Source: Podarcis pityusensis (Eukaryota). From it: 64,000 nt of DNA. Under the pieces are notes generated by a model, which saw only the letters and a list, made by a program, of their open reading frames with translations, searched no databases and was not told the origin of the DNA. The DNA is taken from the NCBI GenBank assembly GCA_964106645.2, contig OZ067047.1; one strand, given 5' to 3'. Each line of letters begins with the position of its first letter. Position 1 is the stretch's first letter. Below, piece by piece: positions 37,611-50,414 of this stretch. The position numbers and the translations under genes are program-made.

Positions 37611-38029
37611 GAACCAATAAATAACATTTCCGTGCAATGTTACTTAAATGTCTGACATTCAGAATCTGAATAACATTTTGGTTATAATGAAATGTTCATG
37701 TTATCTGAAAGTTTTGCATTGTGTGCGTGCTTGTGTGTGTGTTCCTGGTTAGCAAAATCTAACTATTTCAGAAGTGAGGAACAAATTAACTTTGCAACCC
37801 TGTCCTTGAGTTAAACTGCCTCTATAAGGGTAATATTGCTCTTTCCAGTGCAATTCTCCAGATGTTGGTAGCCTTCACTACATATTCACTCCCACAAGAG
37901 AAAAGTGTCTAACTGATTACATCTCTCTCCCACCCACCCTGAGGAGCTATAGCGGTACCCAAGACCAGTGTCCTGGCCCTACAAAGATTTAATTCTACAG
38001 CCATAGGCCTTAGGCAGGAAGTTAGCTCT

Positions 38030-38755
38030 GAGGTCAATGAAATGGAAAATTGTGGAGTGTTCCAGAAAAGAAGAATAGGGGTACAGCTAGCTTAGACACT
38101 GTCATTGTGCAGTGACAATGCTTCAGGAGTTCCTCTACCAGGAGACCAGTGGCCCCAGATATTTTGCATCAGAATCCACAAGATTTGCCATGAGTGGCAA
38201 AAAGCCAAAAAGCACATGAAGACTTAGATTCTTGATCTGGGGATCCTGGAGCAGCTCCTGACCACACTGCTTCCAGAAATGAAGAGCTAGGCTAGAGCAA
38301 GTGAGCTAGAGACCAGTGTGTGGTTGGTTTTCCTGGCAGAAGACTTCCTACTGAGCCAGAGAAAAGACGAGAAGTAGGAAGAACATTATGCAAACCTTAA
38401 GCAGAGAAGACTTCACTGGATAAGAAGATTCTGTCCATGTAGATCATTTAGGAGGGCAATGGAGGTGTCACCTCACTGGAGAAGTGGGAAAAGTTGCTGT
38501 ATGCTTAGTTATGTACATTCAGAACTGGGTCTGTTGACCTTCAAGGAGGTGGCTGAGTATTTTACCAAAGAGGAATGAGCTCTGTTGGATCCAGGCAAAA
38601 CGTTCGGCACACGGAAAATCATAGAGGAGAATTTGGGTGTCTGGTCCCCATGACTGAACTCGTATCCCACCTAAAGCAAGGGGAACAGCCACAGCTGCCT
38701 AATCTGCTGGCGTCTGACAGAATGGAGGTTGTACACGAGACACAATGTCCCAGGC
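38030..38755 (+). pseudogene. Processed (intronless) SCAN-KRAB zinc-finger-family pseudogene fragment
   Basis: Across stops and frameshifts: SCAN QCFR/EFLYQETSGPR/FCIRIHKICHEWQKAKKHMKT*ILDLGILEQLLTTLLPEMKS*ARASELETSVWLVFLAEDFLLSQ (about 38110-38375). KRAB-A GLLTFKEVAEYFTKEE*ALLDPGK...EENLG (38527-38637) directly abuts KRAB-B LVPMTELVSHLKQGEQPQLPNL. Confidence 0.85.
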
Positions 38756-39517
38756 ATTATTCAACAAAAGTCATATGGACATCATTCAGGTTAGGAGTTG
38801 GCAATCTGAACAGAAATGAAAGGAAGACATTTGCCTATTTCCAATTAAACCCTCAGTGAAAAATCAGCATACTATGCTCATCCCAACTTCCTATATCTTT
38901 GTCCTTCCTGACCAGTAATTTTTACTGGTTTGATCAACAGCCCACCCAGTCTTGGGACCTTAGAGTTAACTTCCTCTTTGCAGCTGATGGTTTTAATGTT
39001 GCTTATTGGGGTTGGGAATTTTCTTTTATATCTAGTTTTGATTAATGGAGGTATTGGATTTATTTTTAAAAAAACAACAACTTTGCATTGTGAATTTATA
39101 TATCTTGTTAGTTGTCTAGAGGCCTTGGTGTAACCGATGAACACATTTGAATAATTAGGGGCTACTGCCCCTGCCTGCACTGCTTGCTAACTCCATCAAT
39201 TCCTCACCCCATTGCCAACCTCCACCCTCTACACTTCAATTGACCATCCCCAGCCATGAGAACATGGAAAGGCTCACCTGGGACACCCAACTGTCTGCCT
39301 GCCTACTTGCTTGCTCTGCCCACTTGTACTGCCAGCTTTCCTGCTTTGCTTGCTTACTGATCCAGCTACTGTCATGCTGAAGTTCATGTGGCTGCTTATG
39401 GGTGGCCATGCAAGCTCTAGCATGATGACTTTTCACCTTACCAAAATGTTATACAGTAAAACGACAGTAAATCTGCTTGGTGGCAGATGAAACAGTTTAC
39501 AGGTGTGTATGTATGTG

Positions 39518-39729
39518 TCAAAGTGCAAGTAGATAAATAGGTACCGCTCCGGCGGGAAGGTAAATGGTGTTTCTGTGCGCTGCTCTGGTTCGCCAGAAGC
39601 GGCTTAGTCATGCTGGCCACATGCCCCGGAAGCTGTACGTCGGCTCCCTCAGCCAATAAAGCGAGATGAGCGCTGCAACCCCAGAGTCGGTCATGACTGG
39701 ACCTAATGGTCAGGGGTCCCTTTACCTTT
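39518..39729 (+). mobile_element. 5'-truncated Sauria (Squam1) SINE
   Basis: Core motif plus the 3' end GGACCTAATGGTCAGGGGTCCCTTTACCTTT; 10-bp TSD TATGTATGTG (39508-39517 / 39730-39739). Confidence 0.9.
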
Positions 39730-41273
39730 TATGTATGTGGGGGGGGGGGGCATTCTCCTTGTAAACTAAATATTCTAGAAAGCTTTTTCATTCTCAGATG
39801 TTGACTACTGTAAATGTTCATATCATCCCTAGACACACATACAGGAATAATCTAGCGTTTCAATACATGCACATTACTAAGAAGAGATTTCATCGTAAAT
39901 GGGGTGTGGGGTGTCATCCAAATCAAACATTTGTTTACTAGCTTAGGTGACATTACCAATGTTATTTGCAATAAAAGTCAAACAGTGCTGTGGCACCTTA
40001 GAGACTACTGATTTATTGTAAAAGGACGCTAACAAATGTGAAATAACAAAGCCTATAAATTGTATAAATTACTTTAAAATGCACATGTAAAACTTTGTTG
40101 AGAAGTGATAGGCACAGTGGGGAGTTACCTTTTGGGTGAGCCATTACAGCAACAGGAAATTATTTTCCTCATTGTGAAGTAGGCTGCTTTGTGACAGGCA
40201 CCCCCCAAAAAATAGTCCCCCCTCCCTATTAATAATGCTGAGGAATAAGGGCAAAATGTAATATTAGCTCAGCTGCATTCGTACAATTGAAATTGCACTA
40301 TAGTGACTTATAATCTGGGTGAAATAAATTACAGTGTTTGCATTATATCTTTGCAAATTCTTCACATTAATGGCGTGTGTGTGTGTGCTAATTAGAAGAC
40401 GAAAGGTTGGTATAGCTATAAATGCAAGGATTTGCTTTGTATTAGCCGCAATGATTTGCATCATTAGTGAAACACCTACCAATGACCGTATACTCCCAGA
40501 GAATTAACACATTCTAGGAAGAAAACAAGCAGCAGCTAGTTAGAATCCAGAATCACTTAAATGATGTTATTAATTATGCAACACCTTCGATCAGGGCCAG
40601 CTCACACATGAGGCATGGTGAAGCAGCTGGGAGGGGCAGTAGGTCTGGCCCCAAGCAGGATGCCACATATCATCCACCTCTGCCTCCTCCTCCTCCTCCT
40701 CCTTTGCTGTCCCCCACCCAGACTGTTTCTTTATGGCCTTCTTTTCCACAACTTCTCTGTGCTTCTTCCATGGTAGTGGGGGTGCCCCACCTGCTCCCAT
40801 TGCTACACCAGTGCCACTAGAGAAGTGAGAAGAAGATGCCATAGGAACCCAGAAGCTACAGCTATGTGACCCCAGTAAGCAAGGCTTTGACAGTGGCTAT
40901 GATGGGAGATGGCACCTTTCTGTTTCGCCTCAGGGACAGGCTGTCCCTGGTTCCCAATCTCAGTGCTAAGCAGAGGAGGCAGAAGGATTTTATCCCCTGA
41001 TCTCAGGCATATGCGGATCATCTAAAGATCTTGATCAGATTGGGAGATGGGCCTCCAGCTGTGGCCTATGGGCTGCTAGGGAGTCATGAGGTACAAAAAA
41101 CAAAAACTTCAGGCTCAAATGGCACCAAGTCACAGAAACTAAGCGTTAAGCTGAATTGACAGGAATGCATGTGTGGGCATGTGGCACAGGGCAGAATAAA
41201 GTGAAAGTCTCACATTTCAAAGTAAACACCACTAGCGGAGATAGCAAACAATACAGACCAAGAACTAGGTAGT

Positions 41274-41809
41274 CTTCTTCTTCCTTGGCGATCACTCATA
41301 GCCAAGTAAAATTGTCTTCCATAAACACGGTTTTAACATGAGTCCGTAAGTGACTGTGGAGGCCAATTCTGGATCCAAATGTCCTTTCACAGTGGAGACA
41401 TTGGTTTCTGGGCGGGAGTTGATCAAGGTGTGGATTTGCCAAGCATACTTTCCTCTTAGCATGTTTCTCCCTTGCGTCCTGAGTTTGAGTGTCTTCAAAG
41501 CCCATGACACCTTTGGTAAAGGCTGTTCTTCAATTGGAGTGCTCACAGGCAAGTGTTTCCCAATTGTTGGTGTTTATACTACATTTTTTAAAAAATTGCC
41601 TTGAGACAGTCTTTAAAACTCTTTTGTTGACCACCAGCATTACGCTTTCCATTTTTAAGTTTGGAATAGGGTAGTTGGAAGACGATCATCAGGCATCCGC
41701 AAAACATGACCAGTACAATGAAGTTGATGTTGAACAATCATTGCTTTGATACTGGTGAACTTTGCTTCTTCCAGTACACTGGTATTAGTTCGCCTGTCTT
41801 CCCAGGCGA
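41274..41809 (-). mobile_element. RTE-clade LINE 3' fragment
   Basis: HIAWEDRRTNTSVLEEAK...HVLRMPDDRLP and CLHCERTFGSRIGLHSHLRTH; (GAA)n tail. Confidence 0.9.
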
Positions 41810-44594
41810 TGTGCCCTTTCCCCAATTCACCCTTTCCCCAATTCACTGTGATTGGGAGAGCCCTGGTAAAACCATTCCCTCTGATTGGAAGCTAGTTCTG
41901 CCAGTCATGAAAGAGCTCTTCCTCCCCTTGTCACCCCACCTTTGCATTTTCATTTTGTAGCAAGCTTGGGAAGAAACGTTTCAATTTTCGCAGACATACC
42001 CCACAAGTGGTGGTGGTTGTTTTTAAATACTTAGATCTCCAAACTGCTCTGATTTATTTTGGGGGTGCCTAGTTCAGTTTGGGGCAGTTCAGGGAGATCC
42101 TGCATTGGCTCAAACGTGCCCTAAATCTCTCTAGAGTAGTTGTCTGCTTTGGGTCAGGATTTATCCAAGTCCTGATACATTTCTTTTTCCCTCCACCCTG
42201 CCCAGTAGATAGTCTTAGAGCAAAATAAGTCCTACCACAGAATAAAATGTAATATTGAAAAGGAACCTGGAATCTTTATCTTTTACCTAAAGGCAAACAT
42301 GAGTGAACACTAAACAGACATAATCTTGTGTGAGCATACGACAGAGAACTGGGACTTTTGCCAAACACAAGAGATACAGAAAAGCAGCAACATACTAAAA
42401 GGATCCCCTCCCTCCAACTGGTTGAATGTAATTTCCTTCTATGTTATGTAGCCTAAATGAATTTGGCTTTCTTTAAGCCTTGTAGCAAGCAAAAGCGGGG
42501 GCAATGATTAAAAAACAGAGTGTTACATAATCTTTTAAAAAAGCAATCCAATTATTATTATTCCATTAAAGCTTTCAGTATTATACTTCCATTGATTTTT
42601 TTCCTAGCCTTTAGAATTAAAGGTATTAAAAACTGATATATTATTGTAATTATTATGTTTCAACATGCACTTATGTCAATGTTTGAAAATCTTATAAAGA
42701 CTACTAAGTAACCAACAACTAAAGAGTGTTTTACTACAATTTTCCACTATAAAACCCATAAGCAGTTTTTGCTCTGCTTTTCTTTTTTTCTTTTTTTAGT
42801 TCATTGATGAAAGAAATGCTAGTTCACTTCATAATACTTAGGGTTATATGAGCCTTATACAAACTAATCTTTAAAGTTTCTTTATTTATAAATGTGAATA
42901 ATTTCTAGTAGCAATTTGATTATAACTGCTCTGAAAGATATGAAACCTAATTGTGATTGTTTAAAAAATGCATTACTTTTTCTCACTGTTATAGGGGGCC
43001 ATTTCCTTCTGAAACTGGAATCTTCAAAAAAAGCGTTTTTAGGTGTTTATTGCATATTTTCCGTCTTTCAGAATTCACACATCTTTCTCCTATCAGGCAT
43101 CTGACTTTCTCAGATCAGGACCAGCTGAACCCAGCTTGCAGTGATGGGTATGATTTTGTATTAGTATGTATTAGTATCATATACAGTGTGATTTTGAATT
43201 AGAATGTCTAACTGTAGTCAAAAATAAAGACTTTTGCAGCTTAGAGGCAAGCATATTTATTATGCCATAAGCTTTGCATTATCGACTTATACAAATTGAC
43301 GTAGAACTTGAGTTGAACTTTAGGTTTCAGCAACACATTGATCTTCAACTGGAGATCATGGAATCTGCTACCTAGCTAAGGTGTATGGCAACAGCCTCAC
43401 AACTATCTTACAAATATATATTTAAAAATTAAGCAATGAGAGTCTAAATGCATGTTGGGGTTAAAAGTGGGCCATGGGTTGGAAAAGTTTGAAGTCTACT
43501 GTTCTAGCATGTAGGCTAAATACAAAATTAATATGTAAGGTTAGCTCCACACATGCGTACAGTTGTTTCACATTCAAAAATATATTTGACCACTTAAAAA
43601 ACAAACAACCCTTCCAGTCAGTCATTTCTGCACGTTAATTTATTTGCTTGATTTAGTTGCATTAAGTAGAGAAATGGATCGCCTTCTCTTTCTTTAGTCT
43701 GAGACCCTGCTGGTGATTAATGTTTTCCCCATAATTCTAAGAGAAGAAAATCATTACAAAAACAATTATTGCTCAATTCTCAAATCAGTCAAAATATCAC
43801 AGATAAGGCACTTACTTGCCAGTGACAGTTTTTGCCTTCTGCAAGCATAATTAATCGAAGCAGCTGAATAGATTTTTTTAAATGGAATATGGTTCACGCA
43901 TAACTGACAAGATTTCTATCAAATCATCACTGGATGGCTGATAGGCACATCACAGATCATCACGTTGCATCCTGGTATGGTGCTAACTAAGAGATACTGG
44001 TGCTGACATTTCCAGGGTGACAGCGTACAAGACAAAAAATGGATATGGTGACTCGCAACTTCCTTTGCACTAGTATTTAAAAAACAAACAAAGAAGACTG
44101 TTTCTATCTTCTTTTTCTTCTTTAAAAAAAATCCCCACTACATTTCAGCTACAGCAAGTATTTTTAAAATATTTAAGTTTAAAATTGCATGCAGATATGA
44201 CAAAGTCTACAGTTATTTCTCAGTCTGTGGCTTTCTATCAAGTACACCAGATGTTGTTGGGCTACAACTGCCATCATCATTGACCATTATTATTGTTATT
44301 ATTGTTATTATTATTTTATTATTATACCTCTCTTGCAAGCTCAAGCTCATTCTGAGTTTGGGACCGCCTGACCTGCCTGCAACTGTTGGCTACTCATGCA
44401 TGCTCTTCCTTCATGATTTCCCCTTCCTTCCATTTCTTATACAAGAAACCAGCAGCGGCTTCCAGCAGTGGCTGGGGGGTAGAGCACCTCAGTTGGCCTG
44501 TGTCTTGATGTGGCCCATATCCCAGGCACAACCCTGCTCAAATAATGGATATACACCCAATACCAGAGCCAAACCCTACCTACATCTGTAATTT

Positions 44595-44878
44595 AAAAAG
44601 TTGTGGCCAAGACAACTTGTTGAGTTTGTTCCACCTGCCATTGCTATTGTCTTCACACATTGGGGTGGAGAGCACTGTGAGTGGGTCCATAGCTCTTATT
44701 TCCCACCATGAGGGGGAGAAAGAAAGAGAAAGAGAAAGAGAGAGAGGGGGGTGGTGGAATATATTCCATGCATGTATCTTTGCTGCTGGGTATCCCAAAG
44801 AGAATTTTCCCTCCAATTGTGAGGAGATAGCTACCTTTCTGCCAGTGTCTTCATATTTTCCATAATAACTGATGAATA
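44595..44878 (+). repeat. Probable source copy of the 280-bp duplication at 36074-36354
   Basis: Near identity to 36074-36354; lies in sequence with no recognisable repeat at its flanks. Confidence 0.9.
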
Positions 44879-45687
44879 CACTAGAGCAATGGACATGAAT
44901 GTGTGACTTACATGTGTGACTTATGCCATACATACTTTTTCAACCTGCTGAAAGAATTCACACGAAAACATTGCATCAGACTGCGAAGTCCATGCAGATA
45001 GGAATATTCTGCAAGTATTACATTAGATTCCCTGGATATTTAAGGGAGGGAGAGAGAGTTTCCTCATGTGTTACACTTTACATTTGTCCTTCCTGAATTT
45101 CATTCTGCTGCTCTCTCTCCAATTGGCACAGGTCACATAATATTTCATTTATGGTCTCTTGGAGGCATTGGGGTAGGTGTCGTCTCAATAGTGAGAAAAT
45201 GAACCTGACTGTTTCAAGGTGTTTTCACACCAGTGCCCTTTAGAGTGTTCCACCTCAGGCTGCAACCACCTGACACTATCACTTCAGTGCCAGGGATTCA
45301 TAGGCAGATAACTGTTGACATACACGCGGATACTTTTGAGGCACTTTAATGGCAACCCTCTCGCACTGCCTCAGACGTGTCGGAAGGCTATCAAGGGAGA
45401 TGCCAGCACTTTGCCTTCCTACTTTTACACAGGTTATAGATTTTCAGCACTGATGTTAACATGCCCCAATGCTTGAGGCAGACATAAAACACAAGGCCCT
45501 TGCAATTCATGATTAAGAAGATTGCAACATTTTATATGAAGGACTCTTGGGAATTGGGAAGAAAGGGAGAGAGAATGCACAGATGTGCATAGTTTGGAAA
45601 GGCCACTGGCCAACTGTCAATTGGCAGTGCAGGCTCTGGATGTCTGTGCCTCTGTTGTAAGAGTCATCCAATGGATTCTTTGACAGA

Positions 45688-46177
45688 TGTCAGGCAGCAG
45701 AGGAAGCAACTCTCCTAGCAGGTTGCCAGGAACGTATAAGACCAGGACAAGTTATTACCACTTGCTTTTTATTCAATATTTACAAAAAGAGGCTTGGCAC
45801 ACAGCCTCTTGGAATAATGGCATTGTCCCAAGTGACTCTCCACCCCCTTTTTCTCCCACTTCCTCATACGGGTGGCGCTGAGGGCCCTTTGCTTCTGAGC
45901 CCTTTGCTCTCCTACTTTCAAGGCTCGCTGGGTTCTGGGAGAGGGGGGATCTGGAATGCTTTCTAAAGACACTGTGTCCATCAGCTATTGCCCTCCTGGT
46001 GCTTCCTCTTCCTCCTCCTCCTCTCCTATTATTTCCCAGCTTTTCCCCTCATCTGCCTCTGAGCTGTGACCACCCTCAATTCCCTGTTGTAATTCTGAAT
46101 TGTCTTCTTCTTCTTTTCTGGAAGGGTCAGGCTAGGAAGGCAGTCTCCACCATACTTCCTCTGTCCAGTCCCTGACA
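45688..46177 (-). mobile_element. Solo LTR (Gypsy-like)
   Basis: TGTCAGG...CCTGACA termini and AATAAA on the minus strand. Homologous along its length to 60999-61492. TSD degenerate. Confidence 0.85.
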
Positions 46178-48431
46178 GGAGATGACATTCCAATGAGGAA
46201 AATGTAATACAGAGGCTACTAGAAAAGGAGGAGTTGTTTCAACACCCCTGTGTCATTATCTATGCTAGAAAATTACTGACAACTCAATGCATTGGCCATA
46301 GCTGAAAAGTGATAAAATGAGATGAAGCAATATCATAGCCCAACCCCAACCTTCTGTTAAAGCCCCTCTCGCTAATTACCCAGATATGTCAGGTGGCAAG
46401 TCTTCTCATTCTGAAGAAATCTGACATCAACAGATTTCTCTTCTTAATTTTTATTTTAATAAATAAGCCATAAAGCAGCTGTGAAGTTACTGATAAATGA
46501 ACTGCTAGGGAATAGGCTTACTCAAGTGAGCTAAATCCTTCTGCCCTTTCATTATAAGCAAGATAATACTGTGAACACATGTTCCGAATAACCTGAGAAC
46601 AAGTGTCTGAGAGATACGTATTTGGTCCTTGTGCCTTTGGCTAAAGAATCAGACAATGGACACACAGTTGTGCTTCCTATAGGTCATACGATGGGGAAAC
46701 AGTAGGAGAAATGAGAATCAAGTGTGTTCTAACAGAGAGAATGGTGGATTTCAAATTGAGGGCTGGCTGATGAGGTTGCACTTCTCCTTAACTTCCCAAT
46801 CTCCTTGTTGAATAAAGATGTAAAACCTGAACTATTAGGAGCTAAGCACCAGGCTAATGAAGGAGCTGGATGGTTAGAGGGGGGGGGAGTAGAGTAGTGA
46901 GATGTTTCAAATGTAAAATAAATGGAAATTCAATGCACACACACACACCCGACTGGGCACAAACTACAGCCTCATATGGGTGCTAATATATCTCACATAT
47001 ATCAATACAGGAGCAAACGGTGGGTTGTGATGTATAGCCCCACCACCAACACAGCAAATGCTCTCTAGACTCTTCCCTGACATCTGGATGTAGATTGTGA
47101 ATACCTGTAGGCAAGGGGCCTTCATATAGATATACACTTGAAGTATTCCATGGAATCTGGAACACTGATCATTTAGAGTTCCAGATCTTGTGCACATACA
47201 CCTACAGAGATTCAAGATGTACATGCATATCCAGATGGAATGTGCAACATCAGGGGTGTGGCTAATCAGTGCAGTTCCACCCCTTGCTCATAGATTATCC
47301 TTGGGGTCCTTTCCAACTCTACAATTCTATGATTCTATGATGTCCATAGGCATGAGCAGTATATGCTTAGGGCTTCTGGGTCATGTAAAAAAGACATGGA
47401 ATTGTGGGCATAATAAGAGCACAAGATGACCAGAAGGAGGGTCCTGAGCACTTATCCCTTGAAAGGTGTGCTTTTCATTTCTGCAAGATGGATCAATAAT
47501 AGCCCAAGACTGCAAACCTATGAGTAAGTCAAGATGAACTCAATGCAACTTACATCTTATTAGGCATATACTGAAGCACAGTTTGCATGGATTAGTCCAT
47601 TTAGAAGTAGGCCGCAATGTTTTCAGAAAATTATCAAAGACAAAGAGAGGGAAAGCAATGAAAGAAGAGGCACCAGTCTAGACAAGTAACATGCTTTGCA
47701 TTCCCCCCCCCCCCCAAATCAAATTTATTGTAACTATTTATAATGGCTTCCTGTTTGCAGATTACTTATTTACACAGCAAAATGACAGATTTGGAGCTTT
47801 TAATAAAACAGCATCCTCTCTCCTCTTCTTTTATAAAAGTTTTTCCGTCTGTATTTTATCGAGCTCAGTTTCACTATACATGAACAATTAATCAAGCACT
47901 CCTTTGAGTATGATGCTGTTCTCTTTAAATATCAGTAACAGAGAAGATATTGCAAGCAATGAAACCACAACATTTACCATCATTCACATCCTCCTTTCTG
48001 GTTGCTTGCCCCATATATATATTTTTGCAATGGCTGTGGAACATATAAGTAGACAAGTGAGGCTTTATGAAATCACATAGCACAGAGTGGAGATTATGGA
48101 TTAAATTGTAATTGTAGCATTTATAATCTATACACCACAGACCAGAGATCTGCTGCCAGTGCTAGGTCTCTGGCATCCTCGGAGCAACCAGGTGTAAACA
48201 CAGGCAGACCAGAAGTAATGTCATACAGCTGGGGTCAGCCACCTAGGCTGCTCCCATGTCCATTGTGGTACATAAGGGGCAGAGCATATTCTCCAGCAGA
48301 GAAGCAAGCTGTGAGGCAAAAGGCGCCAGGAGGAAAAAATTGTTTGAGTCCTTTAACCCAGTGGCTGGTCAGGATGATAGGAACACAGAGGGTTCATCCA
48401 CAGTGTCGCTTGTTCCATGTTTTCTAGGCAC

Positions 48432-48544
48432 TTTCCCAGGGAAAACCTGCTGTTTACTGCTGAATCAGAACAAACATCAATCCACAGAAAGCCCAACTGA
48501 TGTTTGCTCTGATTCAGTGGTAAACAGAGGGTTTCCCCAGGGAT
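48432..48544. mobile_element. Palindromic MITE core (family unassigned; related relic at about 9622-9715)
   Basis: Imperfect arms CTGTTTACTGCTGAATCAGAACAAACATCA / TGATGTTTGCTCTGATTCAGTGGTAAACAG. Confidence 0.6.
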
Positions 48545-49083
48545 AGCGGTGGTGCTAACAACCCAAAACCCTCTCATACCCATGCCTAAGAAAGCACAGG
48601 ACAAGGAAAAGTGTGGACAAACCAGAAGTATGTCTAAATTGGAGGGATTGTAAAGGGAAGGGTGCGCATGGATGTGAAAGCATTATAATGAGATGTTCTG
48701 CTGAACTCCCTGTTTTAGGAATAAAGGATTCACTAAGCCTCCTTTGCAGTAAATGGTAAGACTGGGGCTCTGAGTGCATTGCACAGATTTCCCAACTCCT
48801 TATCTCTGGAGGAGTCTGGCAGGCTCCCTTGCACAGATGGAGCTTTCCTCACAGTGGGTTCCCATTTATTTTCACTGTAGGGGACACTCTGCTTGCACTG
48901 CCTTTAATTGCAGAGAGCTGCCTTTTTCATTGACATTGTTATAGATTTGTGGGGTGACCCACCCCCAAACCCTAGACTTTAATAAATGGTAGGATTCTTG
49001 AGTACTGAAGGGAAACGTGTAGGCTAGTGGGGAAATACAGGTTAAGCTTCCTTTCCAAACCACCTGGGATAGAGGCATTAACA

Positions 49084-49219
49084 CAGGCATCCCCAAACTC
49101 AGCCCTCCAGATGTTTTGGGACTACAACTCCCAGCATCCCTAGCTAACAGAACCATAGGTCAGGGATGATAGGAATTGTAGTCCCAAAACATCTGGAGGG
49201 CTGAGTTTGGGGATGCCTG
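49084..49219. mobile_element. Young palindromic hAT-Charlie-like MITE
   Basis: Long TIR CAGGCATCCCCAAACTCAGCCCTCCAGATGTTTTGGGACTACAA; perfect 8-bp TSD CATTAACA (49076-49083 / 49220-49227). Confidence 0.93.
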
Positions 49220-50414
49220 CATTAACATGTCAAAAGGTGTTGATGGCCCATTTGAGAGGAATCTTGGGCCTGGGCAGACAGACGGTTGCCAGGTTAACTG
49301 GGTATGACAGGAAAAGAGTCTTTAGCAAGGTGTGCTGGGAAGAAGAAGGGAGAGAACAAACTGGGATCCATCTTGGGCAGGTTGGCTGAAGGCTGGCTGG
49401 GAGAGGTAGCTTTGACTCCAGGGCTGCTGTGGGGTACAAGCCCATCTTGAAATGACCATGCGATTGATCTAGTCTCCCTTCATGCAGACTGAAGATGTAA
49501 ATATGTGAATAAACTACATTTATTAAAACTATGGCATCCTGTACCATGTCTCAGTTCTCCAAATCAACACAGACCCTAGGGGAGTGCCTGGAACCACGTG
49601 GAATCTTCCAGCAGCTTGGCAGAGAGTGTGGGTGGCACACAACTTTTGTAACAATATCAATAGGCAAAACCACCTGATTTTAATCAGGCCAATTAATTTT
49701 TTTAAACCGTTTGCATGAGGAGGAAATGGCTTGCAGACAACCATTTCTATTGTCCTGTTTATTTGTAACAACATGAGTTCCATAGATTCAAAACATACCA
49801 AATTATGCCCTGAAACTGGGCGTAAGTACCAGAGTAGCGGTGTATAATTTATTTCTACAGAAATAACTCCTGGACTGCTTTCAAGTATACATTGTGGCAT
49901 TGATTCACAGAGGGAGGACTTGGGGAGTGGGAGTGAAATGTTGACTGGTCATGGAAAGTGGTAAAGTTAATGAAAAACTAAAGTAAATCACAAACAAAAG
50001 AACATGAGTAGGGAGTTGTTGTTTTTTGTCAAAATGCCCAATTGTGTAATAGCTTGCAAATTATAATAGAGTATTATGAAATGAATGTTGTTATTCTACA
50101 TGTAAATATAATTCTCCACCTGCACCAATTTGAGCTGGTATAACGCTTGAGAAGTCAGTAAATCAGGAAAATGACATTAAAGCTCAATTTGCATAATAAC
50201 ATGAATAAATGGCGAGCTTTTCCCCCCTGAGCCCCATACAGCTAATGTTATTTTTCAAGAGTGTAAAGTTTCTTGGACCATTAATACACTATTCATAGAA
50301 TAAGCCAATAGAGGCTGAGTCATAGATGGACTCTGGTGTATGACAGCTAAGCTTTTAACTCCCACAGCACGCTATAGCAACCATACTGAAGTTAAGCAGG
50401 CCTGGATTTAGTTA

